A stretch of 38,646 nucleotides of DNA. Origin: a bacterium. Its GTDB lineage: Bacteria > Oederibacteriota > PGYV01 > Palsa-1178. Location of the stretch: positions 1 to 38,646 of the forward strand of contig JBAXIL010000014.1 in assembly GCA_037138355.1 (NCBI GenBank), written 5' to 3'. The position numbers and the translations under genes were made by a program. The notes under the pieces are model-generated. The model was not told the DNA's origin, ran no database searches, and was given only the letters and a program-made list of their open reading frames with translations. Below are positions 26,841-36,899 of the stretch, one piece after another. The first letter of the stretch is position 1; every line of letters begins with the position of its first letter.

Positions 26841-28181
26841 CTAAAAAGCACCTTTGGGAGATATTTTTTTTGCTTTTCTAAAAATTTCTTTAGCTTCAAT
26901 TTTTCTACCCTCTTTTTCATACACTGTTGCCAAACCTATTAAGGCATCTGCATAGTTACTATTTAGTTCTCTTGCTTTTTTAAAATGTTTTTTAGCTTCT
27001 GCCAATTTACTCATTTGATATTTAACCCAGCCTAAACCCACATAAACTTCAGGCATATCAGGTGCAAGCTCAGCACTAAGCTTAAACTCTTTTTCTGCGT
27101 CTTTAATAAGCTCTTTCTTTGTGTCAATTAATTTATAATAGACCCAACCTAAACCAAGATGTGGCTCAGCTGAATCAGGATTGAGCTCTAAAGCCTTCAA
27201 AAAGTTTTTCTCACTATCGTCCAGCTTGTCCTGATGAAAACAAACCCAACCTAAGCCAAGATAAGCGTCACCATATTTTGGATCAAGCTTAACAGCTGTC
27301 TTGAATTCCTTATCTGCTGCCTCAAGTTGACTTTCTGCAAGAAGATACATTCTGAAATATGTCCAACCCAAGCCAACAAAAGAATCAATATTATTTTTCT
27401 TAATTGATTTTGCCTTTAAAAAATCAGCCTCCGCCTCATCATAGCGATTAAGCTTATAATTAATCCAACCAAGGCCTGTGTATATTTCGTATTCCTGCGG
27501 TGTTAAAATTGCAGCCTTTTGAAATTCTTTTTCAGCATTCTTCAGAGCTCCACGCAAATAGTAAAGCCAACCTAATCCAGTACGAGCTTCTGCATAATGC
27601 GAATTTATAGCAATCGCTTTTTTATGTTCATCTTCCGCTTCATTTAGCTTCCCAAGTCCTACATAAACTCCCGCCAAACCGAGATGAGCATCTGCATATC
27701 CCGGCCTTAATGAGATTGCCTTTTTAAATGCTATTTCGGCTAAATCCAACTTTTCCTGTGAATAATAAATTCTTCCTAATACAATATACGCATTAGCAAA
27801 TTTAGGTTGTTTCTTTATAGAATTTTTAATATATACTTCTGCTTCATCAAATCTTTCTAATTGAAAAGAAATATCACCAGCAGCAAAATTGGCATCTGAA
27901 AAATCCGGATTTATTGATATGGCTTTCTTAATTTCAGCATCCGCGTCCTTATATCTACCACTTGTGGCATGTATCCGAGCGAGTGCAACATAAGCATCTG
28001 CGTATGTTTTATCTTGTTTGATTACATTAGAACATTCGTCTTCAACAACATCAAGTTGAGCCTTTGTTCCATAAACGCCACATAGACAAACTGGTGGCTC
28101 CGATGATAAAAATCTGGGATCTTTTTTTTGTTTCTTCAGTATTTCTTTGAATAATTTAAGTTTGCTATAAGTATCAACCAC
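26841..28181 (-). CDS. TPR-array protein (about 11 TPRs, recurrent GLGW)
   Basis: Regular 34-aa repeats. Start set at GTG 28181 after GGAGG; the ORF track start is 28223. Confidence 0.85.
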   Translation of the reverse strand: MVDTYSKLKLFKEILKKQKKDPRFLSSEPPVCLCGVYGTKAQLDVVEDECSNVIKQDKTYADAYVALARIHATSGRYKDADAEIKKAISINPDFSDANFAAGDISFQLERFDEAEVYIKNSIKKQPKFANAYIVLGRIYYSQEKLDLAEIAFKKAISLRPGYADAHLGLAGVYVGLGKLNEAEDEHKKAIAINSHYAEARTGLGWLYYLRGALKNAEKEFQKAAILTPQEYEIYTGLGWINYKLNRYDEAEADFLKAKSIKKNNIDSFVGLGWTYFRMYLLAESQLEAADKEFKTAVKLDPKYGDAYLGLGWVCFHQDKLDDSEKNFLKALELNPDSAEPHLGLGWVYYKLIDTKKELIKDAEKEFKLSAELAPDMPEVYVGLGWVKYQMSKLAEAKKHFKKARELNSNYADALIGLATVYEKEGRKIEAKEIFRKAKKISPKGAF

Positions 28182-28251
28182 AGCACCCTCCGATAGTATT
28201 TGTCTAACGCTTAATAATAGCAATATAAAAAGTTTAAATCAATAATTAAAT

Positions 28252-30246
28252 TTAGGACTTTTGTGTTACATTATTAATAGAATCAATTTCAAGTTTTATG
28301 TTTGCTTTCTCAGTTTCATCTGTAGAACGATTGTATAAGACATTTAAATATTCAATAGCCCGCAAAGGATTTACTTGTTTAAACAACCATATCAAATGAA
28401 CTATCTCCGTGCTATCACTTGGATCCATTTCATAAATTTTTCTTTCATAATCTATGGCACTATTGACATCGCCAAAACTAAAATAATATACAGTCGCAAT
28501 ATTATTTAAAATTTCTGGACTCGCCCCAGCAGTTATATAAGCCAACTTGAGCCATTTGTCTGCTTCTTCACGATTTCCAGCTAAGCCAGCATAACGCCCA
28601 CGCATTACAAAATAACGCGCCGTAGTATCTCTGTAGTATAAATCCTGATTGTTACAATTAAAATAATCTCTAACAGAATAAAGCTTTGCAATCGCCAAAG
28701 TATCAACAGTAGTAGTTCCCAAAGGTGACATTTTAAAGATAACACCATAAGGCAGAGCAACTAATTTATCAGAAGGCAAGCTGGCAAGTGCTGCATAATA
28801 AGAATTGCTTTTGTTTTGATTATATATATCGAACTCAACCTGTTTTATTGCTGACTCTGTTTTAGCTTTAATATTTTTAAATATTGAGCCGTCAAGCATA
28901 TTGGCATTGCTATCATAAGTTTTAATTCCATCAAATTTAGACTTCACCGACTGCAGGTAAACGAGATTAAAAAGTGGACAATCTCCTTTTAGCCATAGCA
29001 CATCACCTTTATTTAATGTTTTATTAATATTTAACCCATGGTCATAACCCATAAAAGTTCTTGAAAAATTATTTAAATTAAAATTTACAGCAATAGTAAG
29101 TATTAATGCACAAAATAAAACCGCTCCAACAAAGATACTATTTATTTTATATTTTCTTGTCAAGGTTTTCAATAAATAAAAAACTCCAAGCATCGCTATA
29201 AAAATCGGAATTAAATCAATCATTAAATAAAAATTTTTCGAAGCATACAAAGATATTGAAGACATTGAATTAATCGCAAAACCCGCAGAAGTATTTATTA
29301 CATAAACAAGCAATAGCAGATTTAAAACAATAAACGAAGCTATTGCTAAAGTTAATTTTTTAGAATAGGCATAAAGTGAATAAAATCCAACAAACAAAAA
29401 TACAACAAGGATATTATATTTTTCAACAAATTGAGTAATCAGGTTACCAGTTTTTAAAAAATATGTCCCCATGTCAAAACGGGCTGTAAACTTTCTCTCA
29501 TATGCTTTTCTCATAATATGATTCATTACATCCCCTGCACTCTGCAAGTAACCAAAATTTACAGGAGTACCCGATTTGGCCCTAATAAAAAGATACATAT
29601 ATGAAGTAAGCAAAGCCACAAGGAAAATTGCCGAAGCCGTAATAATATTTTTGAATGTAATATTTTTTCTATTGACATACAACAACAAAGCCATTAACGA
29701 AATCAAAAATAGTGCTGTGGAATTATGTGCAGGAATCAAGAAACCAGCTATAAATGCTGTCACATAAAAGTATTTAGTTTTTCCTGTTGCTATATTTTTA
29801 AGAGTAAAAAGCAGAGCCAATATCATAAGCATATTTGCTAAGACATATACTACGCCTTTAGCATGTATAGATTCAAACCAAAACATAGACGAGAAAATAA
29901 ACATAAGTGTTACAAATAAAGAAGCAAATCTAATGCTTTTCTTAGCAGCATCTTCCTTAAATATCAGCTTTAAAAGCTCTTCACCAGCCAAGTACATGAA
30001 AATAAAACAGAAAATTGCCAATAATGAAGATAATATATTCATTCTAAAAGCCATATCCCCAACAGGAACAAGCATAGATATTTTTCCAAGCACCATGTCA
30101 AGTGGATAACCAGGAGGATGTGGAATCCCTAAGGTATAAGCTGCAGCAACTATCTCTCCGCTATCTCCCATATATATTGTTGGAGGTGCAGTGTGTAGGT
30201 AAAATCCAAAAATGATTAATGACAAGAAAGCGAGTATATATTTCAT
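28252..30246 (-). CDS. DUF2723 / TMEM260-like GT-C membrane glycosyltransferase with C-terminal TPR-like region
   Basis: GDSGE...LGIPHPPGYPL signature, multiple TM helices, GD..LF.L.YLQ. Confidence 0.85.
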   Translation of the reverse strand: MKYILAFLSLIIFGFYLHTAPPTIYMGDSGEIVAAAYTLGIPHPPGYPLDMVLGKISMLVPVGDMAFRMNILSSLLAIFCFIFMYLAGEELLKLIFKEDAAKKSIRFASLFVTLMFIFSSMFWFESIHAKGVVYVLANMLMILALLFTLKNIATGKTKYFYVTAFIAGFLIPAHNSTALFLISLMALLLYVNRKNITFKNIITASAIFLVALLTSYMYLFIRAKSGTPVNFGYLQSAGDVMNHIMRKAYERKFTARFDMGTYFLKTGNLITQFVEKYNILVVFLFVGFYSLYAYSKKLTLAIASFIVLNLLLLVYVINTSAGFAINSMSSISLYASKNFYLMIDLIPIFIAMLGVFYLLKTLTRKYKINSIFVGAVLFCALILTIAVNFNLNNFSRTFMGYDHGLNINKTLNKGDVLWLKGDCPLFNLVYLQSVKSKFDGIKTYDSNANMLDGSIFKNIKAKTESAIKQVEFDIYNQNKSNSYYAALASLPSDKLVALPYGVIFKMSPLGTTTVDTLAIAKLYSVRDYFNCNNQDLYYRDTTARYFVMRGRYAGLAGNREEADKWLKLAYITAGASPEILNNIATVYYFSFGDVNSAIDYERKIYEMDPSDSTEIVHLIWLFKQVNPLRAIEYLNVLYNRSTDETEKANIKLEIDSINNVTQKS

Positions 30247-32003
30247 TTGGCACCTATATCAATATTTTCTACCATTTCCCGCGCCGCTTTTAACGAAGTC
30301 TCTGTTACGGTTTCGCCACTCAATAACTTTGCTATTTCCTGAATTTTGCTACTATCATCTAATTTAATAATTAATGTTTCTGTTTTATTATCCTTAACAT
30401 GTTTTTCTACACTGTAATGCGTATCTGAATACGCCGCAATCTGTGGAAGATGAGTAATGCAAAGCAGCTGTTTTTTAAATGATATTTCTTTTAATTTTTT
30501 TCCTACAACTCCTGCAATTTTACCAGAAATACCAGTATCTATCTCGTCAAAAACCATTACAGGCACTCTATCAACCGCAGACAAAATATTTTTAATCGAA
30601 AGCATTATTCTCGAAATTTCTCCACCAGACGCCACCTTAACCAACGGCTTTAAATCTTCACCAGGATTTAGCGATATCATGAACTCCACAGTATTAATAC
30701 CTATACCAGTTACTTTATAATTTTTATTTTTGATTGTTACAAAAAAGTCATCAGGATTATCAGACACGCTATCTTTTACTTCTACTAAAAATCTCCCCTT
30801 CACTATACCAAGATCTTTCAATTCAGACTCGATTTTATGTCCCAAATCAATCGACTTCTTATGCCTTGCCTCAGATAAAATCTCACATTTCTCTGCAAGT
30901 ATAGTCATTAGTTTAGCTTTTTCTTTTTCCTTTTCTGCAATTATTACACTATTTAATTCAATATTATTTCTGTCTTTTTTCAGTTCCTCTTGATATTCCT
31001 TAAGTTGTAGAATACTTATTTTCCTATACTTTTTCATTAAGGACTCTATGAGTGTTATTCTCGCTTCAGTTTTTGCAAGCTTATCCTTATCAAACTCAAC
31101 TTTTTCTCTATAAGTCACAAAAAATTCTTTAATTTCTTCAAGTTTTATAACAGCCTCTTTTGAAAGCGCCAAATATTCCTCTACGCCTTTCTTGTCAATC
31201 TTCGCAATCTCTTCAATATCTTCATTTGATTTATATACTAAATCTATAGCTCCATCGCCTTCTTCGTCTAAAGATGATGGAGAAAGGTTCATAATAATAT
31301 TATTGACAGCTTCTTTCATAGCCTCTGTATTTATCATAATATCCCTATCTCTGTTTAGCTCTTCCAGTTCTGAATCTCCTGTAAGCTCCGCCTGCTCTAA
31401 TTCATTTAGTCTGTAAATCGTCATTTCTAATCGTTCTTGTTTTTCACTTTCTAATATTTTTAATTTTTTAATTTCAAGACAAGCACTATTAAATGAATTA
31501 TAAGCAGACAATACCTGAGACTTAACTACACTACTACCAGAATAATCATCAAGTAAATCCATATGTATTTCATTTTTTAACAGAGATTGGTGTTCGTGCT
31601 GTCCGTGTATGTCTATCAGAAGCTTCCCAATTTTTTCAAGAAAAACAAGTGAAGCATTTGAATTATTTATATGAATTTTTCCTTTAGAGGTGCGACTTAT
31701 TTCTCTTCTTATTACAAGTCCATCTTTAACTTGCTCCACACCTGCTTCTGCAAGCTGTTCGTTTATCAGCTTTATCAGTAGAGGATTATCTTTAAAATCA
31801 AAAACAGCTTCAACAACCGCCTTATCTTCACCTGTTCTAATATTTTCCAGATAGCCGCGCTCACCTATAGCAGTATTTATGGCACCTATTATTATTGATT
31901 TTCCTGCCCCGGTTTCGCCTGTAAGTATATTAAGACCTTTTGTAAAGTCAATTTCTATATCCCTAAGTAAAGCATAATTTTGAATTTTCAATGTTGAAAG
32001 CAT
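30243..32003 (-). CDS. recN: DNA repair protein RecN
   Basis: TGETGAGKS, IHGQHEHQ, ASGGEISR, FDEIDTGISG, CITHLPQIAA. Confidence 0.97.
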   Translation of the reverse strand: MLSTLKIQNYALLRDIEIDFTKGLNILTGETGAGKSIIIGAINTAIGERGYLENIRTGEDKAVVEAVFDFKDNPLLIKLINEQLAEAGVEQVKDGLVIRREISRTSKGKIHINNSNASLVFLEKIGKLLIDIHGQHEHQSLLKNEIHMDLLDDYSGSSVVKSQVLSAYNSFNSACLEIKKLKILESEKQERLEMTIYRLNELEQAELTGDSELEELNRDRDIMINTEAMKEAVNNIIMNLSPSSLDEEGDGAIDLVYKSNEDIEEIAKIDKKGVEEYLALSKEAVIKLEEIKEFFVTYREKVEFDKDKLAKTEARITLIESLMKKYRKISILQLKEYQEELKKDRNNIELNSVIIAEKEKEKAKLMTILAEKCEILSEARHKKSIDLGHKIESELKDLGIVKGRFLVEVKDSVSDNPDDFFVTIKNKNYKVTGIGINTVEFMISLNPGEDLKPLVKVASGGEISRIMLSIKNILSAVDRVPVMVFDEIDTGISGKIAGVVGKKLKEISFKKQLLCITHLPQIAAYSDTHYSVEKHVKDNKTETLIIKLDDSSKIQEIAKLLSGETVTETSLKAAREMVENIDIGAK

Positions 32004-32018
32004 TTCTTACACTCCCTA

Positions 32019-33914
32019 TTACTTATTTAGTCCCATAATATCAATTATGGCTTTTTCTATTCCTTTTTCATTCAGACCACAATCATTTAATAATTGTTGC
32101 ATGGTCCCATGCTCAACAAACTTATCTGGTATGCCAAGTATTTTAACTTTTGGACTAACTATGTCTGACTTTAGCACCAGACGAGCCACACTCATACCAA
32201 AGCCACCCTCTATAGCGCCTTCTTCTATTGTTATCAAATGCTTTGTTTTCTTGACCGAGGCAAGTATTGTAGCTTTATCAATTGGTTTTGCAAACCTTGC
32301 GTCAATGACTTCAATCTTAATACGATTAGTCTTTTCAACTTTTTGTGCAGCATTTAATGCCGCATTTAGTGAAGGACCTAAACAAACAATCGTCAAATCA
32401 TTTCCTTTTTTTACTATTTTTGCATGACCTATTTTAACTGGTATTTTTAAAGAGATGCCTATGGATTTAGAAACTTTTCCTCTTGGAAATCTTATTGATA
32501 CAGGTCCGTCTTTATACAAAGCTGCCGCTAATAACATTCTCTCAAGTTCTATATCGCTCGATGGAGCCATAACTACCATGCCTGGTATCATTTTCATGAA
32601 AACAATATCAAATACTCCATGATGGGTTGGACCATCTTCACCAACTAAACCAGCCCGATCTAAAGCAAAAATTACTGGAAGTTTTTGCAAAGCCACATCA
32701 TGTATAATCTGATCTATAGCGCGTTGCATAAAAGTGGAATAAATAGCAACAACAGGTTTGAAGCCAGCCATAGCAAGACCAGCAGCAAATGTAACTGCAT
32801 GCTCTTCAGCAATTCCAACATCAAAAAATCTATCAGGAAATAATTCTCTAAACTTTGAAAGATTTGTACCTTCTATCATTGCTGCCACTATTGCCACGAT
32901 TTTTTTATTTTTTTTAGCAATACTTATTAACTGTTCGGAAAAAACAGAAGAATATGGAAGCGCTCCATCAGACTTCGCTGGTTCACCTGTAAGCTTATTA
33001 AATTTCCCTATTCCATGAAAAAGCGTTGGATTTTTTTCAGCAGGCTCAAATCCTTTTCCTTTTTTTGTAATAATATGAACTAATTTAGGACCTTTAATCT
33101 CCTGTAATTTTGTAAATGTTTCAACGAGCATTTTTATATTATGTCCACCTGATATCGGTCCAAAATACCTAAAGCCAAGCTCCTCAAACAAAACTCCAGG
33201 AGAAAGAATACCTTTTATGCCCTCTTCAAAATGTTTCATTACACTTGTTACTGGGACAGAAAAACCTTTTGGCATTATATCTAAAAACGATTTTGCAGTA
33301 TCTCTCAACTTATTATATGTTTTACCAATTATTATACTGTTTAAATAATTTGAAAGAGCACCTACAGTTGGAGAAATTGACATTTCATTATCAATTACAA
33401 CTACAAGAATATCAGTTTTATCATGGCCTATGTGGTTTATTGCTTCCAAAGACAAACCATTTGCCAGAGAAGCATCACCCAATACAGCTATCACATTGTG
33501 TTTTTCTCCATTAATATCTCGCGCCTTAGCGAAACCCATAGCTGCAGAAATAGAAGTAGAGGTATGACCAGCACCAAAAAAATCATATTTACTCTCAGAT
33601 GGTTTTAGAAAACCCGAAACTCCTTTATACTGCCGAAGTGTTTTAAAAGAAGATTTTCTTCCTGTCAATATTTTATGAGCGTAAGCCTGATGACCCACAT
33701 CCCATATTACCTTGTCATGATCTATATCAAATACTTTATATAAAGCAATCGTAGTTTCGACAGCACCAAGTGACGAGGCTAAGTGACCACCTGTTTCAGA
33801 AACAACATCCACCATAAAACCCCGAATATCTGAAGCAAGTATCTCAAGCTCTTCAAAGTTTAGTTTTGTTAAATCCGCAGGTTTATCAACTTTATTTAAA
33901 ATTTTATAATCCAT
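32019..33914 (-). CDS. dxs: 1-deoxy-D-xylulose-5-phosphate synthase
   Basis: GGHLASSLG, WDVGHQAY.HK, GHTSTSIS, DNEMSI, DVGIAEEHA, DRAGLVGEDGPTH. Confidence 0.97.
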   Translation of the reverse strand: MDYKILNKVDKPADLTKLNFEELEILASDIRGFMVDVVSETGGHLASSLGAVETTIALYKVFDIDHDKVIWDVGHQAYAHKILTGRKSSFKTLRQYKGVSGFLKPSESKYDFFGAGHTSTSISAAMGFAKARDINGEKHNVIAVLGDASLANGLSLEAINHIGHDKTDILVVVIDNEMSISPTVGALSNYLNSIIIGKTYNKLRDTAKSFLDIMPKGFSVPVTSVMKHFEEGIKGILSPGVLFEELGFRYFGPISGGHNIKMLVETFTKLQEIKGPKLVHIITKKGKGFEPAEKNPTLFHGIGKFNKLTGEPAKSDGALPYSSVFSEQLISIAKKNKKIVAIVAAMIEGTNLSKFRELFPDRFFDVGIAEEHAVTFAAGLAMAGFKPVVAIYSTFMQRAIDQIIHDVALQKLPVIFALDRAGLVGEDGPTHHGVFDIVFMKMIPGMVVMAPSSDIELERMLLAAALYKDGPVSIRFPRGKVSKSIGISLKIPVKIGHAKIVKKGNDLTIVCLGPSLNAALNAAQKVEKTNRIKIEVIDARFAKPIDKATILASVKKTKHLITIEEGAIEGGFGMSVARLVLKSDIVSPKVKILGIPDKFVEHGTMQQLLNDCGLNEKGIEKAIIDIMGLNK

Positions 33915-33915
33915 A

Positions 33916-34395
33916 TTATCCGTTCTTTAAGTAAAAAAATATTGGAAACAAAAGCCCTATTAAAATTCCCGCAGCAGCTTCTATAGGGGTGTGCCCTAAA
34001 AGCTCTTTCATTCTTTTTTCAGCATGAAACTTATGGTGCCTTAATTCATCTACTATCATATTTAATAATTTGGCTTGCTTTCCAGCAGCTCTTCTCACTC
34101 CCAAAGCATCTGAAATAACCACAACACAATACAATAAAGCCACCATAAAAACTGGATCTGTAAAACCAACTGTTAAACCAACGCAAGTAGTCAAAGCTGT
34201 CACTGAAGCAGTATGTGATGACGGCATACCGCCAGTTCCTACCAATAACCTAAAATCTAACTTATGATGCAATACAAGATTGATTATGAGTTTTAATGCC
34301 TGGGCAAAAAACCAAGCAGCAAAAGTCACATAAAATATCTTTGTAGTAACTATTGAAGTAAGAATTTTTCCAGCCTCAGCTATGGAATTTAACAT
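33916..34395 (-). CDS. Divergent PAP2 family protein (DUF212)
   Basis: GGMPSSH, DA.GVRRAAG.QA..LN, ELLGHTP.E. Confidence 0.92.
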   Translation of the reverse strand: MLNSIAEAGKILTSIVTTKIFYVTFAAWFFAQALKLIINLVLHHKLDFRLLVGTGGMPSSHTASVTALTTCVGLTVGFTDPVFMVALLYCVVVISDALGVRRAAGKQAKLLNMIVDELRHHKFHAEKRMKELLGHTPIEAAAGILIGLLFPIFFYLKNG

Positions 34396-34423
34396 TGAGC
34401 CTCCTTGTAACTACCTTATTTTA

Positions 34424-35308
34424 TTAGTAATTTCTCTTAGTAAAGAATTTAGCAAGTTCCTTTAAATCATTTGTATCACCGTCTATTTTACCTAAAATAC
34501 CACACGCTTCAAGCACTAATTTGTCCGCTTTTATCATTGCTGCGTTAAGACCAAACACAGAAGGATATGTTGCTTTATTTACCTTTTCATCTTTCCTTAA
34601 TTTCTTTCCCATTTTCTTTTCATTTCCTGTTACATCCAGTATGTCATCAACTATTTGAAAAGCAAGACCAGTTTTTTCTCCAAAGGTTCTCAATAGTGCG
34701 AGCTTATGTTTATTTGCATTTGATAGAATTCCGCCCATAACAACGGAAGCTCTAATCAAAGCACCTGTCTTACATTTGTGTAAGTAAGCTAATTGTTGAG
34801 CATTTATTTTTTTTCCTTCACTTGTAATATCTAAAACCTGTCCGCCTATCATACCTCTCATACCAGCCCCATCCGCCAATTCAAGTGTTGCTTTAATAAT
34901 ATTTTCGGACTTAATCTTTTTATTTTTTGAACACATCATAAGACATTCAAAAGCACTTGTTAAAAGAGCGTCTCCAGCAAGAATAGCTATTGCCTCACCA
35001 AATTTTTTATGTAATGTAGGTTTTCCTCGCCTAAAATCATCATTGTCCATAGCAGGTAAATCATCATGAATTAATGAATAAGTGTGTATCATTTCCATAG
35101 CACATGCCGCAGGCATTACATCAAGATAAGAAAAGCCACAAGCTTTAGCAGCAAGCAAAGTCATTATAGGTCTTAATCTTTTTCCACCCGCAAAAAGGCT
35201 ATACTTGACCGCCTTGTATATGACTGGTGGGTATTCTTTTTTTGCACTAATATATTTGTTAAGATTTCGTTCCACCAGCAATGCTAATTTTTTTAATTTA
35301 TCATTCAT
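34424..35308 (-). CDS. ispA: Farnesyl/geranylgeranyl diphosphate synthase
   Basis: GGKRLRP, SLIHDDLPAMDNDDFRRGKPT, KTGAL, FQIVDDILD. Confidence 0.95.
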   Translation of the reverse strand: MNDKLKKLALLVERNLNKYISAKKEYPPVIYKAVKYSLFAGGKRLRPIMTLLAAKACGFSYLDVMPAACAMEMIHTYSLIHDDLPAMDNDDFRRGKPTLHKKFGEAIAILAGDALLTSAFECLMMCSKNKKIKSENIIKATLELADGAGMRGMIGGQVLDITSEGKKINAQQLAYLHKCKTGALIRASVVMGGILSNANKHKLALLRTFGEKTGLAFQIVDDILDVTGNEKKMGKKLRKDEKVNKATYPSVFGLNAAMIKADKLVLEACGILGKIDGDTNDLKELAKFFTKRNY

Positions 35309-35323
35309 AATTTCACCTTTTAT

Positions 35324-35623
35324 TTAGAAAAGTCCGCCATCTACATCTTTTGGCTGTTTTTTTACCGGCTTAATTTTAACATGTTCTTCAGAAGTTGAAA
35401 CTTCATCAAGCTCTTCAGCAGTATAACCGTCTGCTGTTCTTTTTTTTAGTACTTCAATCTTCAATTTTTTTTCTTTTAGTATCTCTCTACATTTTTCTAT
35501 GAGCTTCATGCCCTTCTCATAATATTCAATATTTGTGTCCAGGTCCGCCTCACCTGATTCCAGTTTGTCAACAGTCTCTTCAAGTTCGTTAAGATAAGCT
35601 TCAAAACCTTTGTCTTTTTTCAT
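35324..35623 (-). CDS. xseB: Exodeoxyribonuclease VII small subunit
   Basis: FE..L.ELE..V.KLE.G...L......YEKGM. Lies between xseA and ispA. Confidence 0.93.
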   Translation of the reverse strand: MKKDKGFEAYLNELEETVDKLESGEADLDTNIEYYEKGMKLIEKCREILKEKKLKIEVLKKRTADGYTAEELDEVSTSEEHVKIKPVKKQPKDVDGGLF

Positions 35624-35696
35624 AAATCCTCCTGTTAAAATTCTTTTATACTATTTAGACAAAAAACTTTCATTTATTATTCTCAAAATTATTCAA

Positions 35697-36896
35697 CTAT
35701 ATTTTTTTAGTAATATCTGCTTCCAAGCTACCTTTATACAATTTTATCTTTACCGATTTGCCAGCGGTAGCAGAATCTTTTATTATACTTCCGTTTGCTG
35801 AATCATATACTACCGAATAACCTTTTTTTAATATGTTTAAAGGATTCATTATCTTCAGCCTATCATTAATGATTTTAAGGTTGTCAGAACTTTCAGTAAT
35901 TTTTTCATCTAATAATTTTCCAATGCTTACGCTAAGTTCGTCTATTCGTTGGACATGATCATTAAATATATTGAAAGGTATTTTAAATGCATATCTTCCC
36001 GCAAATGAATCAAGTCTTTCTTCATAGCTATCAATCATATAGGTTATAGCTGTTTTTACTTTATTTTCTATTGCTTGTAAGGCATCCAAAAGTTCTTGCC
36101 TGTCTGGGACTACAAGTTCTGCAGCAGCAGATGGTGTTGGAGCTCTCATGTCGGAGACTAAATCCGAAATCGTAAAATCTATCTCATGACCTATAGCAGA
36201 AATAATCGGTGTTTCTACCTCAGCAATAGCATATGCCAGCTTTTCATCATTAAAAGCCCAAAGGTCTTCCATAGAACCGCCGCCCCTTGTAAGAATGAGA
36301 ACATCCAAGTTGAGCGAATCCATTTCCTGCAAAGCATTGATTATCTGAGGAGGAGCTGAATCACCTTGAACCGTAACTGGGTAAATTAGTATATCAACCG
36401 AAGGATAGCGTCTGCTCAAAATATTGAGTATATCTCTAATAGCCGCACCTGTGCGACTGGTTATAATGCCGATTTTTTGTGGAAACTTTGGTATTGGAAG
36501 CTTGCGAGAAGCATCAAAAAGTCCCTCTATGGATAACCTTTTTTTTAGCTTTTCAAACTCTATTAATAGGTTTCCTACGCCCACTACTTGTATTTCATCA
36601 GCTATTATCTGATACTCACTTCTTTTCCCATATATTGACACTCTTCCAAGAACTGCTACCTTTGTTCCGTCTTTTAAATCCATATCATCTGCTTTTCTTC
36701 TTCCACCGAAAAATGCAGTCTTAATCTGATTGTTTTCATCTTTTAAAGTAAAGTAAACATGCCCAGATGCGGGACAAGAATAATTTGATATTTCTCCATG
36801 TATCCATATAGTTTTTAGGTTTTGTTCAAGTATCTCTTTAACTATATTGGTTATCTCAGAAACAGAATAAGCCGTGTCTCTTGAGTCACCAAACAT
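35697..36896 (-). CDS. xseA: Exodeoxyribonuclease VII large subunit
   Basis: GEISN...SGHVYFTLKD, RGGGSMEDLWAFNDE, SAIGHEID, APTPSAAAE. Confidence 0.97.
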   Translation of the reverse strand: MFGDSRDTAYSVSEITNIVKEILEQNLKTIWIHGEISNYSCPASGHVYFTLKDENNQIKTAFFGGRRKADDMDLKDGTKVAVLGRVSIYGKRSEYQIIADEIQVVGVGNLLIEFEKLKKRLSIEGLFDASRKLPIPKFPQKIGIITSRTGAAIRDILNILSRRYPSVDILIYPVTVQGDSAPPQIINALQEMDSLNLDVLILTRGGGSMEDLWAFNDEKLAYAIAEVETPIISAIGHEIDFTISDLVSDMRAPTPSAAAELVVPDRQELLDALQAIENKVKTAITYMIDSYEERLDSFAGRYAFKIPFNIFNDHVQRIDELSVSIGKLLDEKITESSDNLKIINDRLKIMNPLNILKKGYSVVYDSANGSIIKDSATAGKSVKIKLYKGSLEADITKKI

Positions 36897-36899
36897 TTT

